IMG/VR virus record: IMGVR_UViG_3300027861_002706
Location: 53,602-117,601 of that record
Reading direction: 5' to 3' (one strand)
Length of the DNA stretch: 64,000 nt
Origin: a virus
Positions 10,901-21,096 of this stretch are shown here, piece by piece. Below the pieces are notes generated by a model, which saw nothing but the letters and a program-made list of their open reading frames with translations, was not told where the DNA came from and made no database searches. Numbering within the stretch: position 1 is the stretch's first letter; each line of letters starts with the position of its first letter. Position numbers and translations under genes: made by a program.

Positions 10901-13900
10901 AGATAAGTCAAACCCTTGCCAACCAAAATAGTTAGATTCCATAAATGCATCGCCCCAGCTAGCATTGTCTCCTTCGATCTCAGATATGAAACCTACAGTA
11001 GTTTCTGAACCGAGTATCCTTTGTATATTACTATTCTCTTGTTCGTATGAGAATATGACATTTTCAGCGCTACCAGGTCCACCAGGTCTATATGGATTCA
11101 CCCGAATTTTTTTGCCTAAGTGATATGGACCAGACACAGGGCTGTCTGTTGGATCATTGTCGATACCAAGCAATATGTAATTTATTATACTGATAAAACC
11201 AACATGCTTATCGTAGCCTCCATACGCGAATTCTGGCCACCAATGTTTCATCATGTCCAAGAAGTCCTCTTCTATAAATCCTCCGAAATCAGTTTGTAGT
11301 TCAGACTGAAATCCCTGAGCAATAATTTCTACTATTTGTCCTGCTTTAACCTCTGCGATTGTTCCAGTAAATACTGTTTTTAGCGCGGCCAGATTATTCC
11401 CATATCCCATCTTGACTACTATATGAATACCTGGTCTAAGCATAAGCGTCTTAATAAATTTTTCGCCTGAGTCATCATCTACTAATTTAGGATCCGAATT
11501 ATTATAGAAAGAGGTGCTAGATAAAGTCCCACCAAAATTAGCTAGCTTCATTGTACATATATCATTATCATATATATGTGAAGAGATTGAGCACTCGAGT
11601 ATCTCCTTATAGCCATGATAGTCGTCTTTTTGGTAATCCCGTTTTCGATCTTCTTCAACAAAGTACAGTCTTGCAGTAGGAAATGACTTCAACAAAGATT
11701 CTGTTAAATCAGGCATATGGGATAATTGCTGCTCGCCCATCTTTGAATACTGATTTTCTCCATTAATGGGTACACTTATTCCGCTACCAGGTTGATAGTA
11801 TGTGGGAGTTTGAACATACTCCATTTTACTACCTTCATAGGCGTTCTTTTCTGGATTAAAGATTAGGCGGAGAGCCACTCGACCTGGATCGCTATTGTTA
11901 CCAGTCATAATAAACTCTATAACTGGATATTTATTTTTAACTGCTCCATAAAGCTGTTTTGCAAACTCAGCATGCGCTCTCTCATCAGTCCCTAGAATCA
12001 GCGATAATTCATTCACTACGTCCCCATTCTCGAGTATAACACTGGAACCCTCGGAGTTTAGTGATTCTTGATCAACTAGAGCCGCGCCAGCGGCCATTTC
12101 CGCTGGGTTTTTTATTGCGTTAAATAATTTCCCCAATGTCTCCTTACTGAAGGTATCTGTCTCCGGTCCATCACCAGTCTGTCCTGGCTCTTCATTGATA
12201 TTTTTTAGTATCGTTAGTCCGTTTAGAGGGAGAGTTATAACTCCTGCGCCTGTTTTATGTCGTGGAGCAATCCCGTAGCCTTCATTTCGTGCTTCATAGT
12301 TTTGATAATCACTGATCATCAACATCTTATCTCTATTTCTATGATAAAAGATGTCGGGGTCTATATAGCTACTAGCTCGCGCAGATACGGTACTGGCTAT
12401 ATCCTGTGTAGTCATCTTCATTAAATCAACAAATGGAATAGATGGGGTGATCCCATAGTCGCCACACTTTGGTGCGAATGCTTCCATTAAAGCATTAAAT
12501 ATAACTTCAGCTTTTTCGGGACTTTCTGCTTTGCTTATCTCGGAAGAAAACAATTCGCTATAAGTAGGTAGATACATATCTGAATATAAGTCTATCTCTT
12601 TAGTATTAAACTGCTCAACTTCCTCTTCTATCATTTCGATGTCAGACATATTTATTTCTGCCTTATTGGCGATACCATATATCTTTGAGCCTGCTTCATC
12701 TCTAAGGTAATTAAATTGCCATAGCCCTTTAAATTTTGCGACTAATTCTATCAATATGCTAAGAGAATTCTGCATGGACTCTCTGCTAGCGAATACGCGC
12801 CCTTGCTTTCCTAGAGTATATTTGTTATTTATTATACATTGAAAAATAGCATCCCATAGATCTTTGGGAATCATCTTGCCGCGCTTATGGAAAATATCTA
12901 ATATACTATTTATATCATTAAGGTCTTCAGGAAGCTTTACTGACCAGAGGGTATCTCCGGTGTCCGGAAATTCTGTGTCGAGATTGTCAAAGAGTACCCC
13001 TTCTCTTACTCCATAATATGAATGCCCTTTAGGCCCCGACTCTATATCAACATCATGCCTCTCCATAGGATTTTTGACATGTGTGACTGGTGATTCCTGG
13101 TCTTTTCCCAGGGAGAGTATTCCCGCAAGCCAATTCACCTGGAAAACTCCTTGTTGGTGGCTTGGACCTGCTTTACTTCCACCCCCCCTCTTATACGCAT
13201 TGTCTATCTCAAACCATCGACGAAACTCTTCTGAGTTCCCCTCCTGCTCTCTGAGTGGATCTCCTGTCTCGATCTCTGTCCATTTCAATCCAAATACTGA
13301 AGCATAATTCGATTCTTTGTCAGCGCGCAATGCTCCATGGACTAACCTAAGCAGACTTTTATATACTTCCTTATGGGTACTAAGACCAGAGTCTATCAAT
13401 ACTAATTCCTCTAGATCCCGATATATATCACCGGTAAGGAGTCGACCGGTTCTTTTCAGGGCGTACTGATAGATTATGCCCATAAAAATAGGCTGATAAT
13501 ATGTATCAGCTGCATTCGCTGACTCTGGGGCTAACACTGTACTGAATTTACCTAGGTCATCTGTTAGACCTAAAACGCGCATTAAGCTATCTAGCCTGTC
13601 CATATCATTTGCAGTTACCTTATCCCTGATTGAACTCGAAGACTCGTCCCCATTCTCACCTGGTCCAGTGTTGCGCTCCCACCATACTTTGTATAGCTTA
13701 TAGAAATATTCCCAGACTGCTTCAAGAGGTTTGGTAGATACTGCCCCTTTCTCAAGGACTAGTTTCTCCGTATCATGGCTTTGTGTATTTTCCACTAATG
13801 TGAGTATAAGCCGATACAGATCAGGAGAGTCTGGATCGGATTCTATTGTTACAGATTGCGGCGAGATTTTATTCACACCAAGAGAATTTATAAGCTGATT

Positions 13901-15436
13901 TTCTATCCATCCGAAAGAGTTAAATACTGTTTGAGAAGCTTCAGCAGATACTAGCTTCGCTTTCATCGCCATGAAGTCAGCAATAATTTTTTTATTTCTG
14001 ACTGCGAAGATAAGTTGGAACGAGTTTGAGTTTAAACCCATATACTGAATCATAGGAAATTTTGAGCCCATTAAAGGAATGTCAATTGATCTTGTATTAA
14101 ATGTACCAGAGATCTTTTCTAGAACCAATGGACTACCTTCGTAGCCATTGGTGTATCTCGGGTTAGTAGTATCAAAGTCTATGATTCCACCGAATATATC
14201 CCAATATGTTATTCTTAGATCATTGCTACCTATGGGAGTTATATTACCAGATTTACTTCGTTCTCCTGCTAAGGCTGCTATGGTTACATCTATCTCTTTT
14301 TTAATTCTATTGGACGCCTGGCTAACATATTCCATGCCCCAGTGACACTCGCTAGGATCGAGTGTAGGGCTGCCTTCTTTGTCCCGGTATAGAATAGTGC
14401 CAAAAGGGAACGCTGGAGAGCTCATTATCCCAAAACTAAATCGACCCAGTATGGCCCCTGGCATATCATGCATTGTCTGCATGCTTGCGCTTTTAAAACA
14501 GACCGGGACAGGAAATTTAGGACCACCATTGTCTTGTCCGCCTGAATCTAGGTCTTTGAGAAGATTTGTATTATTCTCAGTCGACTTATTATCATTAAGT
14601 ATATTCTTCATATGTTTTACTCCCTGAACAACTTCAGGGTGATTTTCAGTGAATAGGCCCAGGATATCATCGTAGGTATTATCGAGATCAAGAGCCTCGA
14701 GCATCCGATCAAATCTATTTTTCTCAGTATCGCCTTTACCTCCAATTACTTTTAATGCTGCTACGTCTCCGATCATATCGTATAAAGCAGGGTAGGCGTA
14801 CTGGGAGACAAAAGCCATGCATAAGGCAGAAGAATATATAGAGTTCATTGGCATAAACTTAAACATATTATATAGATTTATAAAGCTGGGATAATCTCTT
14901 TCTGTAGATGAGAACACCTCGAAATTGGGGAATATAATATCTATAGAGACCGTATGCTTTGACTTGCTATTTGCCATCATTCCCGATGACTTGGATCTTG
15001 CGACCGGCACAGGTGTATTTAATAAGTGCTCTTGTATATTGATAGAGCTTGGAATGATATAAGGAGAAGAAGACATCCCAGAAGACTCAATTATTTTATA
15101 GAATCCTATTTGAGTAATATCTTCATTCTGGAAACGCAGGTCATCAAAAATTTGTCGCTTAGTGGCTAGTATGCCTTTAAGTATCTTCTGTCCTGTTTCT
15201 GGCAAAGGCGTGGGCGCGCTTGGATTCTCTAACTGCCAGTTAAAAAGTTTCGACTTGTATTTTGCTTTCTGATCCTCTGGTATCGTCTTACTGATATCTA
15301 TATCTTTTAGCGCGCCGAATAATATTTCATTATGCTTATCGAGATCTATAATACTTGTACTCATGAATTCGATTGGACTTCTACCGACCGATTCTAATAC
15401 TGTTTCGAGGGTTAGTATATCGCTAGTGGTAGGCAT
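7994..15436 (-). CDS. Giant baseplate hub protein (gpD/gp27-like C-terminal half; tube-initiator-like N-terminal domains), about 2480 aa
   Basis: LRPGIHIVVKMGYGNNL...VFTGTIAEV and YRGNLIMIGRNIKPYDSVRIVD are late-control-D/hub-type motifs. Start moved from 15502 to the ATG at 15436 (MPTTSD), which lies 1 nt after the upstream TAA. Confidence 0.75.
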   Translation of the reverse strand: MPTTSDILTLETVLESVGRSPIEFMSTSIIDLDKHNEILFGALKDIDISKTIPEDQKAKYKSKLFNWQLENPSAPTPLPETGQKILKGILATKRQIFDDLRFQNEDITQIGFYKIIESSGMSSSPYIIPSSINIQEHLLNTPVPVARSKSSGMMANSKSKHTVSIDIIFPNFEVFSSTERDYPSFINLYNMFKFMPMNSIYSSALCMAFVSQYAYPALYDMIGDVAALKVIGGKGDTEKNRFDRMLEALDLDNTYDDILGLFTENHPEVVQGVKHMKNILNDNKSTENNTNLLKDLDSGGQDNGGPKFPVPVCFKSASMQTMHDMPGAILGRFSFGIMSSPAFPFGTILYRDKEGSPTLDPSECHWGMEYVSQASNRIKKEIDVTIAALAGERSKSGNITPIGSNDLRITYWDIFGGIIDFDTTNPRYTNGYEGSPLVLEKISGTFNTRSIDIPLMGSKFPMIQYMGLNSNSFQLIFAVRNKKIIADFMAMKAKLVSAEASQTVFNSFGWIENQLINSLGVNKISPQSVTIESDPDSPDLYRLILTLVENTQSHDTEKLVLEKGAVSTKPLEAVWEYFYKLYKVWWERNTGPGENGDESSSSIRDKVTANDMDRLDSLMRVLGLTDDLGKFSTVLAPESANAADTYYQPIFMGIIYQYALKRTGRLLTGDIYRDLEELVLIDSGLSTHKEVYKSLLRLVHGALRADKESNYASVFGLKWTEIETGDPLREQEGNSEEFRRWFEIDNAYKRGGGSKAGPSHQQGVFQVNWLAGILSLGKDQESPVTHVKNPMERHDVDIESGPKGHSYYGVREGVLFDNLDTEFPDTGDTLWSVKLPEDLNDINSILDIFHKRGKMIPKDLWDAIFQCIINNKYTLGKQGRVFASRESMQNSLSILIELVAKFKGLWQFNYLRDEAGSKIYGIANKAEINMSDIEMIEEEVEQFNTKEIDLYSDMYLPTYSELFSSEISKAESPEKAEVIFNALMEAFAPKCGDYGITPSIPFVDLMKMTTQDIASTVSARASSYIDPDIFYHRNRDKMLMISDYQNYEARNEGYGIAPRHKTGAGVITLPLNGLTILKNINEEPGQTGDGPETDTFSKETLGKLFNAIKNPAEMAAGAALVDQESLNSEGSSVILENGDVVNELSLILGTDERAHAEFAKQLYGAVKNKYPVIEFIMTGNNSDPGRVALRLIFNPEKNAYEGSKMEYVQTPTYYQPGSGISVPINGENQYSKMGEQQLSHMPDLTESLLKSFPTARLYFVEEDRKRDYQKDDYHGYKEILECSISSHIYDNDICTMKLANFGGTLSSTSFYNNSDPKLVDDDSGEKFIKTLMLRPGIHIVVKMGYGNNLAALKTVFTGTIAEVKAGQIVEIIAQGFQSELQTDFGGFIEEDFLDMMKHWWPEFAYGGYDKHVGFISIINYILLGIDNDPTDSPVSGPYHLGKKIRVNPYRPGGPGSAENVIFSYEQENSNIQRILGSETTVGFISEIEGDNASWGDAFMESNYFGWQGFDLSRNVYNCVGNYAEITSTEVANEWLITNAPAIDGIREVVRYMPNFIATVVPYEGDATLFVGDPCGPYQYREATKEESEYVARYNAQTSLKTQANDFRKLGKYRILAHRINHISDKISKRITRYNRIKLGEIAAVEKSDIHTNAYQLYGASYNAGAEVTVHPTAPFSQADGGFKELEDLVVNTLFRPISDEPYLSDDVHANLLAIFLNLDTSKLTEADFTKLATASKAIAKIRLNSKNVLNTTNWNSLYNFGGNSFKPNPLYTSISLSALLNNTLEVNSTTISGNAVHHAGQRLDFWPLLISNESDFGLFKSTSKEEGAAVEVNLDASWQVNSTEQIAIVPFLTSTFMDTSRTDRKISIFKNLMSKREELSTSFARNPAAGNSLAVDYIVKTLMEYKQALQLATKLLNPIGLDGEERDNDVLQDIMNSKDDTSEMLPFTHKLFRDHHVVSSDHDLIANNVVATQSDMWSAVSLRVPINTVNETAGWGDWGPTNYGIEEGGINKSAGVFQIDSDQEFGIWPRKNSVGMNYAGLYAGPEDILETFTEINATTPNLALQVNNFRLAQGLSKMYRGNLIMIGRNIKPYDSVRIVDNVNNIHGEIMAERVIQNYSSTSGWTTTVVPVGLTRVNSFLGTYNAGQAERWMYSFANGKTFMGVMDTITVAALFGSIFTGGITSGVWFTLKTILTSGARLAGAGVVVGARVAQRAVWRNWATTGFRNVLRRGYRYGQNVRINRANRRLAEGVARAPLKKMALQPGESGYAPYSLSDPLISAGRAIFGGGTSSSQGLGAGLFGHLGARAEAMLTREQIRLIAAGALPATATAAETAAYTAAISARNAAIGSIAGAGITAGARAIWLNVVYGRLMLRGGSSVMDEYLNPVISQQTVIDANEGDVFSAGAHRIDGSIPVYLPAKIKLLRYNNTVFSAGLRAIDVASSNPHGIDNIMEQARYLWADFIASQGEAPDILDQFEEG

Positions 15437-15437
15437 A

Positions 15438-18400
15438 TTAGAATACCGAGTCCATTCTATCTCTGAGGTCTGTGGCGATTTCGCTTCGAGCCATTGTACC
15501 ATTTAACTCAGATCTAAATGAACCCTGAATCTTTGGAACGTACCCATTATGAAGCGCATATTGGTTCGTCATGCCTCTAAAATCTGCTGGCGCATTCATC
15601 TTACCCGATACATTGAGTCTGCTTCTTTTCCCTTCGGATCTAGTGATACGAGCTATTCTGGTATTAGGCATTGCATTCGGATTAAATGTCGGGTCATTTG
15701 GAGTTGACATCACTGGAACTGGAGGTAATGTTCCCGAAGAGTTATACATAGATACCGGTACATTGCCGGGTGAGAATCTATCTAACGTAGATCGGACCGC
15801 CTCTATCCCTGCGAGGCCTCCTATTACCGCAGCAGCAGGCTTAAAGAACTTTGTTCTACTTATATTCTGGAAGAATTCGCCGCTCAACATACCAGACCTA
15901 GACGCGTTCGAGCTGACGCTTGCTCCACCTACCCTAGCATTGTCTGGGCCGTAGTCGGCTATATTCACATTATTCTGCCGCATCCTAGTCATTGTTTCAT
16001 GAAACTCAGCAGATAGAACTTCGTTGAGGCCTGCGCCACTTGTATCCATCGCTGCTAATCCTTGGAAGTCGGCCATAGTCAATGAAGCAATACCAGACGC
16101 GCCAAAGACATTATCGTTAACTAGTCCGCCTATTACTGAACTAAGGTTTCTGACTACACCCTCGAATGGCATTCCTAGTCCGGTTCCCCTGGTCCCTACT
16201 TGTAACTCTTGGGCCATCACTTCTATAAACATCATTCGTTTTGCAAGATTGTGTGCAAGTTGTCTCATCTGTTCGTCATTACCGGAGCCACTCAGCTTTT
16301 GTAATATACTTAATGTTTGTGGCTCCATTTCATGGAGCTTTCGGAACAAACCATCTGTCCCGGGTTCTATGATCTCTGCTGCCCTTAACAAGTTATTAGA
16401 TACTTGATCGATAAGATCCCCAGCTTTAGTCCCACTCCTGCCTTCTATCAGGTCATACATGAACCCCATGCTGCCGTGGTCCATATCAGATCTGGCCTGA
16501 GAGGAACCCGCCTTCAATGCGTTAAGGATAAGCTCTGCTGGTTCCTGCCCAGAAACACCGTGTGCAGCCTTTTTGAGGAACATATACTTTATCAAGTTCC
16601 GCGCATCTGTATAATGATATGTTGAAGCAGTACGAGTAGGCCCACCTGCCCCGGCCACGCTCTCTGTAAAGATGCCGCTAGCCTTACCTAAAAATTTACC
16701 CAGGCGATCTATTCCCGCATCGTCTAACCTGGCTTCAAGGTTAGTCCTTAACAGACTTTGACCCTCACCGCTAGCCTGCAAGTCTATTAACTGTGTAACC
16801 ATATAGTCGACATAAGATCTAGCTCTGAAGTGCCCCTCGACAATAGGAGTAGAATGCCCATGGCCAGCTATTTTTATCAATGACTCGAAGGTATGCTGTC
16901 TTACAGTTGCCTCTGACGTCATATCTGCGGTCTGAGATATAAGCTTATTGACATCTCCATAATTAAAACTAGTCTGCCCAGCTAGGCCTAAGCTCCTCGC
17001 CATTTCATTATCTGGACTACCTTTAAGATTACTAAGTATGCCATCCATCATTTCTATTTGTCCTTGATGGATACCCCTCATAGTGGAATCGTCCATACTA
17101 GCTAGTCTAAATAGATTGATAGCATCTTTGTCAAGGTCGCCTTCAGCTGCAAACTCAATCAGCATATTATTAAGATATGCTGTATGCTTGAACTCAAAAT
17201 CATCGACTATATCTGCAGAAGCGAAAGCTGTATCCTTCAGCAATACAGTCTGAAGCGCAAACATTTGGCGTCCGCCTGCAGCAGGTTCTCTTACTCCAGT
17301 AGTATAGTGCTTCCCAGCCCATGCCTTTTCGACTAGCTTGTCTAGTGCACCATCATCCATTCCTGGCGTAAAGTGCATGGACCTGAATGCTTTTTCGGTC
17401 ATACCAACCTGGAATTTGCCAAGACTGCTATGAGTCTGTAGCCGCATTCTTGCGCCAGATTGTATCCCTGCAGCACCTATCTCTGATGAATAGAATAAGC
17501 CTTGTTTGGCCATTGTATTAGCGGCCATTACTTGATAAAGCTTATCTAGTTTTTTTCCTATATCGGATGTTTCAGCAAGCCGGTTATCTGCTGAGCTATC
17601 CCTGAGTGTCTCCACGCTTTCTAATATATCCAGATACATTGATTGAGCTTCTACCTTGGCGCTTTGTCCAGAGCCTAGCTTGGCAGCCGCATCATCGGCT
17701 AGCTTCTCAAATTGCCTCCCTCCTTGTGAGACTCTTACAAAGCCTTGCTCTTCAATGAATTGCATAGTTTTTGCGGAGGGGACAAGCATTGGCCCATGTT
17801 CACCTTGGATCAAGAATGCTTGATCTGAGATTTTGGCCACACCACCCTCACTGGAAACTAGTCCGAGCAGGCTTTTGCCAATATCTTCAAGGTTCACTTT
17901 ACCAGAGGCACCACGTTTTCTCAGTTGATTGATACCATACTCGGATTCAATACCTCCAGCTGCAAGTTTTGGCCTAAATCGCTTAGGCCCTATCTCTCCA
18001 CTCCCGTAAGCCTCCCCCTCTCCTTTAAATTTAAGCCGAGATACATCTCCAGTTTTGAGATCTCCATCAGCGCCTATCTTTCTCAGAGCCTCAAATCCGA
18101 AGCTCGTCTCTTTGAAGTGCCTCATCTGCTGATAGATAAGACTCATCTCATGATCTTTGGCGAATATTGCTGGATTCGCTTCGCTCAGAGCGTTAAAGAT
18201 TAGTCCCTTTTTCTCACTAATCTGCTTCTGATGGAATCGCTGATTAGAATAAGGCTGGTTAGTGTCGGGATTTATATATTTTCCATCACGTTTTTTGAGA
18301 AGCTCGCCAGTTTTGGGATCTCTATCTGGATGCATTCTTTGCCCGTGAGCAAAGTCAACAGACTCTGCAAGCATCATTAGATCTCTTTGTTTTATACTGA

Positions 18401-21095
18401 GTGCATTCCTGCCGAAAGAACCCATAGGTTCTTCCGCTCTTGTTCCTACCTCCGCTGCGAGAGATGCCATCATATATTGCTTACCTACATCGAGATTTTT
18501 AGTACCGATAACCCCCATTCTTGCGAGTGTCTGATTAAGCGAGCCTGCTTGTTCCCTTAATGCAGCCTCGGCTTGTTCTTGCGTATGAGCTGGTAACTGT
18601 TTTAATATCTCGTGGACATCAACTTCATGGAATGTCTTTTCTATTAGTTCCTTGAATAGAAGAGAATCTTTTCCTCCGGCGGCCTCATGTAGGTGCTTCA
18701 TGAACTGCTCGTTGGTTACACGTTCTAACTTGCTCCCCAGGCCGTGGATCTGTGTAGTTATCCCACTACCTATTATCTCTTGGTTAGAAGTTCCGCCCAT
18801 TACGTTTACTAATCGCTGAGTAGCAACTTCGCTCCCAGTCTCTGTGATAATATGTGCAAGGTTCCTGAGCAGTGTTTCGTTAAAGCCGAAGTCAAATCCC
18901 TCTGCAACTCCCTTCATTGCGTCTGAACTCCACCGGCCAGAACCGGTTTTCGTCCTATCCATATCCTTAATTCCCTTAACGGAAATTCCTAGATCTCCCA
19001 TTACAAAATGTTGTCCCCCAGATGAATCTATTCCTGTGAGCTGTCCTACGATAGCTTGCACTGCGGTAGGTCCAACAACCTGAGATGTACTAACCCTCTG
19101 GCTACCTACCATATGTCCTGCACTAACACTAGTACGTGCGGGTGCCCTTGTAGTCCTATGCGGCCCTTCCGCCATGATTAGTTCCAGCTGCCCAGTTCCA
19201 GGAATTAATCTATATCCGGTGACATATGTATGATCCGGATCCATTCCTCGCTGCTTAACAATATTCATCATATCGTTAGCATGCCTGAGGTCTTTCACCA
19301 TCACATCTTCAGATCGAGCCACCCCTTGTCCAATTACTGCTTTATCTATACCAGCAGGTTGTACGTCGAACCCTACCGCGGAAATAGATCTTCTAACTTT
19401 ACGGTCTGCTGTAACCTGCAAGTCATATTCAAGAGCTTTTAGCTGGATCGGACTACCAAAATTTACCTTTTGATCGCCTGCGACTTTGCTGGTCATCGAC
19501 TGTTGATGCTGTCCAATTGCATCGACTAAATCATTACGCAGGAATCCTAAAAATTCTTGAGTCCCATCCTCTAAAATCTGGAGCTCTTTGAGATTGATTT
19601 TATGGGATACGGTACGTCTAGACATACCAGTCATAGGATCAAGATCTAGCTGCTTCACTAGCTCGCTAGACATCACTACACCAGAGTCGCCAAAAATTGC
19701 TTTGTTTAATACGGGGTCTGCAAACTGTAGTCCTAACGCCCTTATTCCAAAAGCTACGTCGTCAGAGATGCTCGCACCCCCACGTGCACTTCTGATTTCG
19801 TGCTTTAATAATTCGTTAGTCTCACTACTGAAACCCATTATCTCTGCTACAGCTGTAGGCAATTCTTTAATATCTCTTAGGACAATCGGGGCCCTGGACA
19901 GATGAAATTGCCTGCCTTTTTCGAACGTTTCCTGTCCGGGTAATACAGTAAGGTTTTTAACATCCTCAATAGTTCCTTTGATATATACTCTCTGCTTACC
20001 CCTACTACCATCTGCGAGGTTGGGCCTGAATGCAGATTCTGCGCTTTGTGGAGTCCATGCAAAATTGAAATTCTTGAGTCTTTCACTAAGAGGATCAATA
20101 CCTAGCGCAGATGATCCTTCGGGGACTCCACGTTTAGTAATCCTCTCTATATGATCTGTTACGGCTTGTTGCGCAGTATTCAGCTCTCTGCGCATTTCTC
20201 CCGAATTAAATCTTTCTGCATGGGTATGAGGATCATATCCAGTAATCAGTATCTGCCTTAGTCTGTCTTCCTCTAGCATGAGTTTGAACAGGTCGGAATC
20301 CTGACTCACTTCTAGCATTATTTGGTTTCTGGCCCCGAGAAGATGCCTACCTAGCTTAGGCTGGCCAGAGTACGACATGGGGTCAATCATTCCTGCGCTA
20401 TTTTTAGTACGCATCTCGAACGGGAGTCTATTGTCGAATAAGTCCTCTGTAGCCCCAATCACTTGATTTATAGTCTTATTTAATTTGCTAAAATCAGACT
20501 GATCCTTCATTACTGTATTGATTTCTCGATATACTGTTTCAGAAAAACTTGTAGGTTTTGTCAGACGATCGTTTCCTCCGATAGTTCCAACACCAGCAGG
20601 AACGCTATATGTACTACCTCCTTTGAACATATACTCATTCGCGCTCTGGCTAACTCTCCCAGGAAAATCCGGATTCATATCATCTGCGAATAGAGGTATG
20701 TGCACAGCCTTTTTACCTTGGCCATGAGGAGTAAACACAAGTGAGCCACCCCTGTGAACTAGCGTGCCTTCATTGCTACCTGCTATACCTGTTATTAACT
20801 GGCTAAGTCCCTCGCTCTGGGAGCCAGTCTTATATACATCTGGTAAATTATCTATACTACTAATTGTTTTCCCAGGTAGACTCAACTTGACCTTGGAGAA
20901 CAGATCTTCTTGAGTGGTGCCTGTCGAGGCTCCTATGGCCAGTGCTGCTGCTAGGTTTGCTTTAGCGGTGTGGCTAATTCCACCACGCAGAGGAGGGGTT
21001 TCACCGAAATGAATATCGACTACATCTCTTTGAAATACCTTTATTGCATCTTGTCCCTCACTTGAGGCGGATCCAGGTGTGGGGGTGCTGGCCAT
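15438..21095 (-). CDS. Giant virion protein at the tape-measure locus; candidate virion RNA polymerase (DPBB, D-x-D-x-D motif), 1885 aa
   Basis: GVREP (about 17284-17298) is followed by GDLDKD (17124-17141), resembling the beta-prime NRAP...NADFDGD arrangement. The C-terminal AAVIGGLAGIEAV segment is hydrophobic. The CDS is certain; the RNAP call is an inference. Confidence 0.55.
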   Translation of the reverse strand: MASTPTPGSASSEGQDAIKVFQRDVVDIHFGETPPLRGGISHTAKANLAAALAIGASTGTTQEDLFSKVKLSLPGKTISSIDNLPDVYKTGSQSEGLSQLITGIAGSNEGTLVHRGGSLVFTPHGQGKKAVHIPLFADDMNPDFPGRVSQSANEYMFKGGSTYSVPAGVGTIGGNDRLTKPTSFSETVYREINTVMKDQSDFSKLNKTINQVIGATEDLFDNRLPFEMRTKNSAGMIDPMSYSGQPKLGRHLLGARNQIMLEVSQDSDLFKLMLEEDRLRQILITGYDPHTHAERFNSGEMRRELNTAQQAVTDHIERITKRGVPEGSSALGIDPLSERLKNFNFAWTPQSAESAFRPNLADGSRGKQRVYIKGTIEDVKNLTVLPGQETFEKGRQFHLSRAPIVLRDIKELPTAVAEIMGFSSETNELLKHEIRSARGGASISDDVAFGIRALGLQFADPVLNKAIFGDSGVVMSSELVKQLDLDPMTGMSRRTVSHKINLKELQILEDGTQEFLGFLRNDLVDAIGQHQQSMTSKVAGDQKVNFGSPIQLKALEYDLQVTADRKVRRSISAVGFDVQPAGIDKAVIGQGVARSEDVMVKDLRHANDMMNIVKQRGMDPDHTYVTGYRLIPGTGQLELIMAEGPHRTTRAPARTSVSAGHMVGSQRVSTSQVVGPTAVQAIVGQLTGIDSSGGQHFVMGDLGISVKGIKDMDRTKTGSGRWSSDAMKGVAEGFDFGFNETLLRNLAHIITETGSEVATQRLVNVMGGTSNQEIIGSGITTQIHGLGSKLERVTNEQFMKHLHEAAGGKDSLLFKELIEKTFHEVDVHEILKQLPAHTQEQAEAALREQAGSLNQTLARMGVIGTKNLDVGKQYMMASLAAEVGTRAEEPMGSFGRNALSIKQRDLMMLAESVDFAHGQRMHPDRDPKTGELLKKRDGKYINPDTNQPYSNQRFHQKQISEKKGLIFNALSEANPAIFAKDHEMSLIYQQMRHFKETSFGFEALRKIGADGDLKTGDVSRLKFKGEGEAYGSGEIGPKRFRPKLAAGGIESEYGINQLRKRGASGKVNLEDIGKSLLGLVSSEGGVAKISDQAFLIQGEHGPMLVPSAKTMQFIEEQGFVRVSQGGRQFEKLADDAAAKLGSGQSAKVEAQSMYLDILESVETLRDSSADNRLAETSDIGKKLDKLYQVMAANTMAKQGLFYSSEIGAAGIQSGARMRLQTHSSLGKFQVGMTEKAFRSMHFTPGMDDGALDKLVEKAWAGKHYTTGVREPAAGGRQMFALQTVLLKDTAFASADIVDDFEFKHTAYLNNMLIEFAAEGDLDKDAINLFRLASMDDSTMRGIHQGQIEMMDGILSNLKGSPDNEMARSLGLAGQTSFNYGDVNKLISQTADMTSEATVRQHTFESLIKIAGHGHSTPIVEGHFRARSYVDYMVTQLIDLQASGEGQSLLRTNLEARLDDAGIDRLGKFLGKASGIFTESVAGAGGPTRTASTYHYTDARNLIKYMFLKKAAHGVSGQEPAELILNALKAGSSQARSDMDHGSMGFMYDLIEGRSGTKAGDLIDQVSNNLLRAAEIIEPGTDGLFRKLHEMEPQTLSILQKLSGSGNDEQMRQLAHNLAKRMMFIEVMAQELQVGTRGTGLGMPFEGVVRNLSSVIGGLVNDNVFGASGIASLTMADFQGLAAMDTSGAGLNEVLSAEFHETMTRMRQNNVNIADYGPDNARVGGASVSSNASRSGMLSGEFFQNISRTKFFKPAAAVIGGLAGIEAVRSTLDRFSPGNVPVSMYNSSGTLPPVPVMSTPNDPTFNPNAMPNTRIARITRSEGKRSRLNVSGKMNAPADFRGMTNQYALHNGYVPKIQGSFRSELNGTMARSEIATDLRDRMDSVF
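19778..19822. repeat. 45-bp direct repeat, copy 1 (inside the 1885-aa gene)
   Basis: ccccacgtgcacttctgatttcgtgctttaataattcgttagtct is identical to 27738-27782; flanking bases differ. Confidence 0.95.
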
Positions 21096-21096
21096 C

